DNA from: an uncultured bacterium
GTDB taxonomy: Bacteria; Bacillota; Clostridia; TANB77; CAG-508
DNA length: 64,000 nt
Reading direction: 5' to 3'
Assembly: GCA_905215935.1 (NCBI GenBank)
Contig: CAJMRY010000006.1
Location: 12,168-76,167, forward strand
The notes under the pieces were generated by a model. It did no database searches. It saw nothing but the letters and a program-made list of their open reading frames with translations, and had not been told where the DNA came from. The position numbers and the translations under genes are program-made. Each line of letters starts with the position of its first letter. Within the stretch, counting starts at the first letter, position 1. Below are positions 1 through 8,975 of the stretch, piece by piece.

Positions 1-43
1 TGTACAATATTAAGTTTTTTATTATATATATTAAAGAACAAAC

Positions 44-73
44 AAACCTACTATCCTTTTGGATAGTAGGTTT
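44..73 (-). terminator. Intrinsic terminator hairpin downstream of the Cys-rich CDS
   Basis: Perfect 13-bp stem aaacctactatcc/ggatagtaggttt with a tttt loop. A T-rich tract follows on the minus strand. Confidence 0.6.
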
Positions 74-98
74 ATTTGGTTAGCAAGTAAAGACAAGA

Positions 99-800
99 TT
101 AACATTCACTGTTATCAGTAGAACAATAGCTACAGCCATAGCCACCATTTAAATAGCTGCCACAACAACAGTCAAGATCGGGACAACCACATACACAGCC
201 ACTATTGGAGCAACTGCCACATTCATGGTCATCATTAGGTTTACACTTATCATTGCAACAATCGTCACATCCACAGTTACCATTGCAACCACTGTCACAC
301 TTATGGTCATCGGTGGATTTGCAGCTATGATTAGAACAACCGCGAGATGCACAGTCTCCATTGCAACTACTGTCACACTTATGGTCATCGGTGGATTTGC
401 AGCCATGATTAGAACAACCGCAAGATGCACAGTCTCCATTGCAACAATTGTCACATTCGCAGTCATCATCTAAACAACTTCCACATGCACAGCACTCATT
501 ACAACAACATTTACATGTACAGTTGCAACAGTCGTATTCATGGTAGTCATAAAGGTGTCCTGGAACTCCTTCTTTAGAATGATCAAAGTAGATCATAGAA
601 AAAGATTCCTCTGGATTAGCAAAGAACCATCTTGTTACATCATAGCCATCTGCAGTAAGGTTGTTAGCTACTTCATCAAGAATGATTCCGTCAGGGAATT
701 TGTATTGTGTTATTCCCTGATTAGTAAGCTGGTCTAATTTCTTCCGAATGGCATTCTCTTGGATTGGTACAGCCCTCATCCTGTTTTCAATTGCGTTCAT
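99..800 (-). CDS. Cysteine-rich repeat protein, possibly spore coat or exosporium-like
   Basis: ATG at 800 is preceded by caggagga. The soluble N-terminal domain is followed by a C-terminus made almost entirely of C/G/N/D/S/H, with 26-aa repeats (CNGDCAS.GCSNH.CKSTDDHK). It contains an ordinary in-frame CGG at 744-746. Confidence 0.6.
   Translation of the reverse strand: MNAIENRMRAVPIQENAIRKKLDQLTNQGITQYKFPDGIILDEVANNLTADGYDVTRWFFANPEESFSMIYFDHSKEGVPGHLYDYHEYDCCNCTCKCCCNECCACGSCLDDDCECDNCCNGDCASCGCSNHGCKSTDDHKCDSSCNGDCASRGCSNHSCKSTDDHKCDSGCNGNCGCDDCCNDKCKPNDDHECGSCSNSGCVCGCPDLDCCCGSYLNGGYGCSYCSTDNSEC
279..460. repeat. Tandem 78-bp coding repeat, about 2.3 copies
   Basis: The unit starting actgtcacacttatggtcatcggtggatttgcagc recurs at 291 and 369 (period 78 nt) with a few substitutions. 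Confidence 0.85.
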
Positions 801-1042
801 AGTATTTTCCTCCTGTTGTAAAAATAAATTTTGTGTTTCAAACATATAGGAATAAGATAATGAAATGTAGAACATTCCATAATACCTGAGAAAGAAATAT
901 CTTCTTCCACATTACATAAGAAAACACTAACAATATTTTACAACAATTGACATAAAAAGTCAACTCATATTGTAACATTATGCATTGCATATTAAGTCCA
1001 AATACAAATAAATTAAATATTGTAAATAAATAAGTAAAATAA

Positions 1043-1097
1043 AAAGCACTAATTAGTATCATATATAGATTTGTATGATACTAATATCAAGTGCTTT
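1043..1097 (-). terminator. Intrinsic terminator after the small Cys/Gly peptide gene
   Basis: Long imperfect hairpin aaagcactaattagtatcata ... tatgatactaat.tcaagtgcttt, followed by a T-run on the minus strand. Confidence 0.6.
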
Positions 1098-1173
1098 ATT
1101 ATTAAATATTATACTCTAAAGATAACTATTTAAATTTAATATTTAGAAATCAGGCAAATTGTTTGCTAATCTT

Positions 1174-1299
1174 TTAGCAACAACCACCTCTATTTCCACC
1201 GCAACAACAGCAGATTAATATTAAAACGATTATTATCCAAATACAATCATCTCCGAATCCGAATCCACATCCGCATCCGCAACCTCTATTTTCTGGCAT
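1174..1299 (-). CDS. YjcZ-like small sporulation peptide, 41 aa, not in the ORF track
   Basis: Hand translation gives MPENRGCGCGCGFGFGDDCIWIIIVLILICCCCGGNRGGCC. A G-rich SD (gaaagggggg) lies upstream. Gly/Cys-rich ends flank one TM helix, as in YjcZ-family tiny sporulation proteins. Confidence 0.6.
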   Translation of the reverse strand: MPENRGCGCGCGFGFGDDCIWIIIVLILICCCCGGNRGGCC

Positions 1300-1372
1300 A
1301 GAAATTCCCCCCTTTCAAAATGTACAAAACTTTCTTTAGTTCTACTTTTCTTTTTAGGCTAAGAAGAGTTTT

Positions 1373-1495
1373 TTAGCAACCGCATCCACAGTCGTTATTA
1401 CAGCATCCTCTGTTACCACAGCTGCAGAAAAGTAGTAAGAATAGAATAATGAACCATAAAACTTCACTATTGCCATTATTACAACAAATTCCCAT
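1373..1495 (-). CDS. YjcZ-like small sporulation peptide, 40 aa, not in the ORF track
   Basis: Hand translation gives MGICCNNGNSEVLWFIILFLLLFCSCGNRGCCNNDCGCGC. SD aggagg lies 7 nt upstream. It is a paralogue of 1174..1299. Confidence 0.6.
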   Translation of the reverse strand: MGICCNNGNSEVLWFIILFLLLFCSCGNRGCCNNDCGCGC

Positions 1496-1785
1496 ATTAC
1501 TACCTCCTATAAAGAATGTTTTTTTTCTTGTTCTTTAGTATGATATATATTATTCTAAAAACTAAAAAGTGTTACATTTCTGAAAAAGCATATTGATAAA
1601 ATTAAAAAAGTATGAAATAATCTGTACAAAGAGAATAAGTTAGTGGTATAATTTCAAAAACTGAAATATTACATAATACTTCAAGTGATATATGAACTAT
1701 AAAATGAAGAAATGAAACTGTTAAATATAAATAAAATAAGGTTATTAAATATTAACGAAGTATAGATAAAGTTTGGAGGCACGAA

Positions 1786-4129
1786 ATGGGAAATATAGTA
1801 TTATTAGATGATTTAACAATAAATAAAATAGCAGCTGGTGAAGTTATTGAAAGACCAGCTTCAGTAGTTAAAGAATTAGTAGAAAATTCAATAGATGCAG
1901 GTGCAACCAATATATCAATAGAAACAAGAAATGGTGGAATATCTTACATAAGAATAACTGATAACGGAAAAGGATTTATGCCAGATGATATGGAAATCGC
2001 ATTCGAGAGACATGCAACAAGTAAAATAAGAAAAGCTGAAGACTTAGAAACTGTTAAGTCTATGGGGTTTAGAGGAGAAGCTTTAGCTAGTATTGCAGCA
2101 ATTTCTAGAGTAGAATTAACATCAAAAACAGAAGAAGCAAGCTTTGGATATAAAATAATAGTAGAGGGTGGAAAAATAATAAGCAAAGAAGAAGTAGGAT
2201 GCCCTAAAGGAACTACTATAACAGTAGAAAACTTATTTTTTAATACACCAGTTAGATATAAATTTTTGAAGAAGGATTTTACAGAGGCTGGCTATATAGA
2301 AGATGCAGTTACAAGAATTGCTCTTGTAAATCCTAATATTGCAATTAAGTTAATAAACTCTGGTAAAATAATAATTCGGAACTAATGGAAATGGTGATAG
2401 TAAAAGTGTTATATATAATATATATGGTAAAGATATTGCAGAAAATATATTAAATGTAGATTATGTATATGATGATATTAAAATTACAGGAGTAATTGGA
2501 AAACCAGTAATTGCACGTTCTAATAGATCTAATCAATTATTTTTTGTTAATAAAAGATTTATAAAAGATAAAGCGTTAACTAGTAGTGCAGAACAAGGGT
2601 TTAAAGGAATGCTAACAATAGGTAAATATGGTTTCCTAATATTAAATTTAGAGGTGGATCCTCATAAAGTAGATGTAAATGTACATCCAGCAAAATTAGA
2701 AGTACGATTTGAAGAAGAGAGTAAAGTTTTTAAGGCAGTTTATCATGCAATAAAAGAAACTCTGTTAAATTCAGATTTAGTAAGAGAAACAGAAAAAACA
2801 TCAGAATATAATACAAACAAACAACAGGAACAAACATCTACAAATAATGTAGAAGAAAAAAGTAGCATTGAAAAACTAGAAAGTATAAATCCTACATTTG
2901 GAGCTTTATTTAAAAAGATAGTTAACAATAATTCAATGGAAAATCGAAGCAATATGCAAAATAATGTAATTGAAGAATTATTTAATAATAAATTTGATAA
3001 AAAAGAGATAGATAAACCGAACAATTCTACTTTGGAAGCTGAAAATATACAAGACACAATAAATATAAAAGAAGAAGTAAAAGAAGAACTGCAAAAAGGT
3101 ATAAATAATGAAGAGATAAAAGAGTTACAAAATGATATAGAACAGGAAAATAGAAAAGAGCTACAAAATGATATAAAACAAGTAGAACTTGAAAAAGAAA
3201 TTGAACAAGAGAATAATATAAATATAGAAGAAACAAAAATTGAAGCAGAAAGTAACAATCAAAATAGTGAGATTGTAAATAATTTAAACAATGAAGTCAA
3301 TATTGAAAACGAGCAAGAGATTAATCAAGAAAATATCAAGAAAATTATAGAAAATATAAATAAACTTGAAGAAAATAAAATAGATATAGATGATAAAAAT
3401 TTCGAAGAAATGTATGCTAAAATGTTTGGAAAATTACCAAATAAAGATTTACAATTAAAGGAAGATGATGAAGAATATAAAATTAAAGATTTAAGTACTT
3501 CAGTTTCAGCAGAAAATATTAGTTTGTTTGCAAATAGTAGTTATAATAGTATTCCAGATTACAAATTTATAGGAATTGCTTTTTCTACATATATAATAAT
3601 TGAAATGAATAAAGAAATATATATTATAGATCAACATGCTGCACATGAGAGAATTATGTATGAGAAAATCAAGAAAAATTATTATTCAGATGGTCCAAAA
3701 GAATCTCAATTAATGTTATTGCCAGATATAATAACATTAACACATAAAGAAATGGGAATTGCTAAAGATAATATCAAACTATTTGAAAAAGCAGGATTTA
3801 CTTTAGAAGAATTTGGAGAAAATACTATAAAAATTTCTGGAGTTCCTAATATATGTATAGATTTAGAAACTAAAGAGTTATTTTTAGAAACACTTGATGA
3901 AATTAATACTGTGGCAAGAACTGCTAAACAAGAAATAGAGGAAAAATTTATTGCAACACTTGCGTGCAAGTCTGCAGTTAAAGCTAATATGGCTTTAACA
4001 AAAGAAGAGGTAGATAATTTAATGAAAGAACTTTTATTATTACCAAATCCTTTTACTTGTCCACATGGTAGACCTACAGCAATAAAAATGTCAAAGATAG
4101 ATATAGAAAAGAAGTTTTCTAGAAGATAA
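1786..4129 (+). CDS. mutL: DNA mismatch repair protein MutL; needs a +1 shift at the CGG at 2377
   Basis: N-terminal GHKL motifs are present (NKIAAGEVIERPASVVKELVENSIDAG). The C-terminal dimerisation/endonuclease part is in ORF 2609..4129. The +1 frame is open from 2378 (GTNGNGDSKSVIYNIYGKD...). A long E/N/K-rich linker separates the domains. Confidence 0.9.
2377..2380 (+). other. In-frame CGG +1 site (C skipped, GGA read as Gly)
   Basis: att CGG aac taa in frame 0. Skipping the C gives KIII-G-TNGNGD. Confidence 0.8.
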
Positions 4130-4151
4130 AAATAAGAGGAAAGATTTTAAG

Positions 4152-5073
4152 ATGATAAAACCAAAAGTTATAGTTATATGTGGCCCTACAGCATCAGGCA
4201 AAACTGCTCTATCTATAGAACTTGCCAAAAAAATAAATGGAGAGATTATATCAGCAGATTCTATGCAAATATATGAAGATATGGACATTGGAACTGCTAA
4301 ACCAAGTAAAGAAGAAATGGAAGGTGTTAAACATCATCTAATTGGACATGTATCTCCTGAAGAAAGATATAGTGTTGCAAGATATAAAAAAGATGCAATA
4401 AAAAAGATAGAAGAAGTATTAGAAAAAGGAAAATTCCCAATTATAGTTGGTGGAACAGGATTATATGTGGATTCATTAGTAAATTGGGTAGAATATGATG
4501 AAATCGAAATTGATTTACAATATAGGGATTACTTAGAAAGTTTAATGGAAAAAGAAGGATTAGAATATTTATACAATAAAGCAAATGAAATAGATTCAAA
4601 AGCAATGGAAAAAATAAGCAAAAATGACAAAAAAAGAATATTTAGAGTGCTTGAAATATATCACTCTACTGGAAAAACAAAAACAGAGCAAGAGATAGAA
4701 TCAAGAAAAAAAGATAATCCATACGATTTTAGAGTGTTTGGTATTAATATGGAAAGAGAAAAGCTATATGAAAGAATTAATCTAAGAGTAGATATAATGA
4801 TGAATCAAGGATTAGTTCAAGAGGTAGAAAATATAGTGAAAAAATATAAGCGGTTATCCAACTGCTATGCAAGCTTTAGGATATAAAGAAGTGTATGAAT
4901 ACTTAAAAGGTGAAATAAATAAAGATGAAATGATAGAAAAAATAAAACGTGAATCAAGAAGATATGCAAAAAGACAGATAACTTGGTTTAAAAGAAATCA
5001 AAATATAATATGGTTAGATGGATTAGAAAATAAACAAAATAATATAAAAATTATTTTGGAGGGAATAAAGTGA
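4152..5073 (+). CDS. miaA: tRNA dimethylallyltransferase MiaA; needs a +1 shift at the CGG at 4851
   Basis: P-loop VICGPTASGKT and SADSMQIYEDMDIGTAKP are present. The C-terminus QALGYKE...YAKRQITWFK sits in the +1 ORF 4867..5073. Confidence 0.9.
4851..4854 (+). other. In-frame CGG +1 site
   Basis: aag CGG tta in frame 0. Skipping the C gives KKYK-G-YPTAMQALGYKE. Confidence 0.8.
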
Positions 5074-6340
5074 ACAGAAAAAATACAAAAGTAAAAAATA
5101 ATTTTTTAGCGAAAAATAAGAAAAAAATTGTTTTAATTATATTAATGATTATAATTATATATGCTATATGTATGCTATGTGTATTACTAAGAAATCCAGT
5201 TGATACAGTTTTAGTTGAAAAAGGAAAACTTTATTTAGAAGAAGCAACGGCAGGCTATATAATAAGAAATGAAACAGTAGTAGAAGGTGAAAATTATAAA
5301 AATGGAATTGTACCAATAAAGACTGAAGGAGAAAGAGTTTCTAAAGGAGATTCTATATTTAGATATTATTCCAATAGTGAAGATAATTTAATAGAAAAGA
5401 TACAAGATTTGGATAAAAAGATACAAGAAGCAATGAGCAAAGAAAATAATTTGTTTTCTAGTGATATTAAACTATTAGATAGTCAGATAGAATCTAAATT
5501 AAATGACATATATGAATTAAATGATATACAAAAGATAACAGAATACAAAAAAGATATTAATACATATATAACAAAAAAAGCTAAAATTGCTGGAGAACTT
5601 AGCCCAGCTGGTTCTTATATAAAAAAATTAATAGATGAAAGAAGTGGATATGAAAAGAGTCTAAATAATAATTCAGAATATGTTGACGCACCAATTAGTG
5701 GGCTTGTTTCATATCGTGTTGATGGATTAGAAAATGTTTTAACAACAGATGATTTTTCAAAATTAAATAAAGAATTTTTAGAAAAACTAAATATAAAAAC
5801 AAGTCAAGTTATAGCATCTAGTAGCGAAAAAGGAAAAGTTATTGATAATTTTGAATGTTATTTAGCAACTATTATTGATTCTGAAAAAGCAAAAGAAGCC
5901 GAAGTAGGAGATAGAATTAAAATTAGATTACCAAATAGTAAGGAAGTAAATGCTAAAATAGAATATATTGAGTCAGATAATGGAAATATAGTTCTTGTAT
6001 TAAAAATACAAGAGTATGTTGAAGAACTTATTTCATATAGGAAAATAGCATTTGATATAATATGGCGGAAGTGCAAGCCGGATTAAAAGTGCCAAATACA
6101 GCTATTTATTATGAGAATGATTTGGCTTGTGTAGTTAGAGATAGAGCGGGATATTTAGAAAAAATATATGTAAAAGTGTTAAAACAAAATGATAGATATT
6201 CTATAGTAAGTAATTATTCAAGTAAGGAACTAGAAGAATTAGGATATGATTCTGATTTTATTAGTAATAAAAAATCCATTAGTTTATATGATGAAATTGT
6301 ACTTAAAATGACGGAAGATAAGATTAAATCAATTAAATAG
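5070..6340 (+). CDS. HlyD/membrane-fusion-like protein (N-terminal TM, coiled coil, beta-barrel); needs two +1 shifts at 6066 and 6079
   Basis: The GTG start overlaps the miaA stop, with SD ggaggg. ORFs 5070..6086 and 6062..6340 join as ...DIIW-G-SAS-G-LKVPNTAIYY... Confidence 0.55.
6066..6069 (+). other. In-frame CGG +1 site
   Basis: tgg CGG aag. Skipping the C gives W-G-S-A-S. Confidence 0.7.
6079..6082 (+). other. In-frame CGG +1 site; in frame only after the shift at 6066
   Basis: agc CGG att. Skipping the C gives S-G-LKVPNTA, which enters the frame of ORF 6062..6340. Confidence 0.7.
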
Positions 6341-6532
6341 ATATATCTACTAGACTAGTATGTGACCATTAAGGAGATGTGAAGAGTAATACTGACTAAT
6401 ATTACATTAATGTTACAGAAATATTAAGTTATTATTACAGAAAGTAAAAAGTATTGACAAATGCTTTGAAAAGTTAGATACTATTGCTAGTAAATTAATG
6501 CAAATGAAGAGATGTTTTAGGAGGTTATAAGG

Positions 6533-7015
6533 ATGTCAGGAGCTATTATGAATAAAGTATGGGATTTGTTTGGTATGGATACAGCAGAGGATAAAGAAGA
6601 TGATGTATACGATATGGAAGATGAATATACTGCAGAAGATGAAGAAATAGAAGAAAGAAGAGTATGGGGAAAACGTAGCAATAATAATAAAGTTGTTAGT
6701 ATGCCACAAATTCAACAAGTAAAGATGGTAATATCACAACCTACCTCTTTTGAACAATCAGAAAGTATATGTGACTTATTAAAAGAAAAAAAATCAGTAA
6801 TTGTAAATTTAGAATATGTAAATAAAGATGTTGCAAGACGTATTGTAGATGTTATTAGTGGAGCAGTACATGCATTAGACGGTCATATTCAAAAAGTTTC
6901 AAATTCCATATTTTTAATTGCACCATACAATTACGATATAACAAATGATATGGCTAGAGAAGAAATTAAGAACAAACTTTCAGTTTCATGGCTTAGAAAC
7001 AATGGTAATGAATAA
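6533..7015 (+). CDS. sepF: Cell division protein SepF
   Basis: SD aggagg is present. The C-terminal SepF domain reads QPTSFEQSESICDLLKEKKSVIVNLEYV...DVISGAVHALDGHIQKVSNSIFLIAP. Confidence 0.85.
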   Translation: MSGAIMNKVWDLFGMDTAEDKEDDVYDMEDEYTAEDEEIEERRVWGKRSNNNKVVSMPQIQQVKMVISQPTSFEQSESICDLLKEKKSVIVNLEYVNKDVARRIVDVISGAVHALDGHIQKVSNSIFLIAPYNYDITNDMAREEIKNKLSVSWLRNNGNE

Positions 7016-7054
7016 TGAAGGTTTACGTTCATAAAAAAAGTAGGAGGAATTATT

Positions 7055-7504
7055 ATGTTTACACCACTTGATATAGAAAATAAAAAATTTGCAAAACAAA
7101 TTATGAACGGATATAGTGTAGAAGAAGTTGATGATTTTTTAGATCAATTAACATTAGATTATGAAAAAATGTATAAAGAAGCATCTGAGAATAAAAGAAA
7201 AATTGAAGAATTAGAAAAAAGCGTAGAGCATTATAAAACAATTGAAAGTACACTTCAAAATACTTTGGTAATGGCTCAATCTGCAGCTGATGAAGTAAAA
7301 AATATTGCAAAACAACAAGCTGATCAAATAATAAAAGAAGCGCAAGGTTCTGCTAGAAAATCTGCAGATGATTTAGATCAAGCTATCGTTCTTAAGAAAA
7401 AAGAATTAGAAGACATAGAAAAGCAATTTGATATATATAAAGCTAAAATGGAATCACTTTTAATTTCACAATTGGAACTAATTAAAGATATGAAAAAAGA
7501 TTAA
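7055..7504 (+). CDS. divIVA: DivIVA-domain cell division protein
   Basis: The N-terminus MFTPLDIENKKFAKQ..GYSVEEVDDFLDQL is followed by a coiled coil. Confidence 0.85.
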   Translation: MFTPLDIENKKFAKQIMNGYSVEEVDDFLDQLTLDYEKMYKEASENKRKIEELEKSVEHYKTIESTLQNTLVMAQSAADEVKNIAKQQADQIIKEAQGSARKSADDLDQAIVLKKKELEDIEKQFDIYKAKMESLLISQLELIKDMKKD

Positions 7505-7585
7505 TAAATTAAACACATAAGATAAAACGGGGGTTATTAAAAATATTAGCCTCTGTTTTTTGATTTTGGTATTTAAATTTAAACA

Positions 7586-7614
7586 TTGAAAATATAGAAT
7601 AAATAGTGTATAAT
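7586..7614 (+). promoter_or_regulatory. Sigma-A-type promoter upstream of rsmD
   Basis: TTGAAA, 17-nt spacer, TATAAT. Confidence 0.5.
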
Positions 7615-7728
7615 ATAAAATGCGTTACGCATAGATTACAAACGTATTAAATATATGTTACATTTTAGTGAATTATATTGACATATTAATAAAAAAATAT
7701 AAAATATGAATAGACAAAAAGAGGGATT

Positions 7729-8295
7729 ATGAGAGTAATAAGTGGAATGGCTAGAGGAACTAAATTAGATACTATAGAAAGTATGAATACAAGACCTACA
7801 TTAGATAGGGTTAAGGAATCTTTTTTTAATATAATACAAAAAGATATAGAAGAAGATTCAGTTGTATTAGATTTGTTTTCAGGTAGTGGTTCTATAGGAA
7901 TTGAATTTATAAGTAGAGGTTGCAAAAAAGCTTATTTATGTGATAAATCATATGAAACAATTAATGTTATAAAAAAGAATTTACAAAAGACAAGATTTAC
8001 AGAATCAGCAGTTGTTATTAATAAAGATTATAAAAAGTGTTTGAAAAATTTAAGTGAAGAAAATGTAAAATTTGACATTATATTTTTGGATCCACCATAT
8101 GATGCGAACATATCTATAGATGCTGTAAAAACAATTTTATCATTAAATTTATTAAATGATAGTGGAAAAATAATCATAGAAACAGATAAGGAAGAAAGAG
8201 AATTAAAAGGTCTTAAAGAACTTAATCTCAATGTATATGATTGTAGAAAATATGGGCGTGTAAGTCTCATATTCTTAAGCTTGAAAGGAGTTTAG
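7729..8295 (+). CDS. rsmD: 16S rRNA (guanine966-N2)-methyltransferase RsmD
   Basis: MRVISG.ARG..L......TRPT.DRVKES.FN; SAM motif VLDLFSGSGSIGIE; FLDPPY. Confidence 0.85.
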   Translation: MRVISGMARGTKLDTIESMNTRPTLDRVKESFFNIIQKDIEEDSVVLDLFSGSGSIGIEFISRGCKKAYLCDKSYETINVIKKNLQKTRFTESAVVINKDYKKCLKNLSEENVKFDIIFLDPPYDANISIDAVKTILSLNLLNDSGKIIIETDKEERELKGLKELNLNVYDCRKYGRVSLIFLSLKGV

Positions 8296-8297
8296 TC

Positions 8298-8735
8298 ATG
8301 GAAATATTTACGTTATTAGAAACTTTAGAAGATATATTAGAGAGAAGCAAAGGTGTTCCTTTTTCTACTAAATGTGTTGTTGATAAAGATGAAGTTTTAG
8401 AGATAATAAAAGAGGTAAGATTAAAATTGCCAGATGAATTAAAACAGGCGAAGTGGGTTAAAGAAGAAAGACAACGTATATTAGATGAGGCACAAAGAGA
8501 AGCAGATAGCATAGTTAAAGAGGCTGAAAACAGAATAATATCAATGATAGATGAACATGAAATAACTAGAAAGGCATATGAGAAAAAGGCAGAAATAATA
8601 GAAACTGCAAATGAAATGTCTAGAGAAATTTCAAAAGGAACTAAAGATTATGCAGATAATATTTTAGCAGGACTAGAAGTAGCTCTAGAAGATGCTTTGA
8701 AAATTGTTCAAAACAATAGAAAAGAACTTCAATAA
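8298..8735 (+). CDS. Hypothetical coiled-coil protein
   Basis: Intact ORF translationally coupled to rsmD. Charged heptad-like sequence; family not recognised. Confidence 0.5.
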   Translation: MEIFTLLETLEDILERSKGVPFSTKCVVDKDEVLEIIKEVRLKLPDELKQAKWVKEERQRILDEAQREADSIVKEAENRIISMIDEHEITRKAYEKKAEIIETANEMSREISKGTKDYADNILAGLEVALEDALKIVQNNRKELQ

Positions 8736-8975
8736 ATTTATTCTAAAGATGTATTTATTTAGAAATCGGGTTTAATAGTCAATTTAGAAAATTGATTTTC
8801 CGGTTTCTTTTTTTGATTTTTAATACATTGAGTAAACCATTAAATTAGAGATCATCTAACCAATAACACAAAATGATAAAAAAATTCTTTTCTTATGTAA
8901 ATTTTTTGTGGAAAAAAAATTTTGTTTGTGATAAAATGTGAATGAATTTTTATACGTATAGGAGGAGACTTAAAA

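Noticed and set aside
149-473. Track ORFs 149..469(-) and 225..473(+) inside the Cys-rich gene
   Set aside because: These are alternative-frame shadows of the tandem repeat. Their products are low-complexity (V/T/I/A-rich) with no SD, and the 99..800 frame has the SD and a domain-like N-terminus.
2743-3258. Antisense ORFs within the mutL linker; the same kind occur at 30409..30900 and 31092..31361 in infB, and at 12044..12388
   Set aside because: Stop-poor antisense frames of AAR/GAA-rich coding DNA. They lie fully inside well-supported genes.
7016-7054. Absence of ylmG/ylmH between sepF and divIVA, and of ribF-rpsO-pnp after truB
   Set aside because: This is gene-order variation that occurs among Firmicutes. 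It is not evidence of anything unusual without comparison to close relatives.
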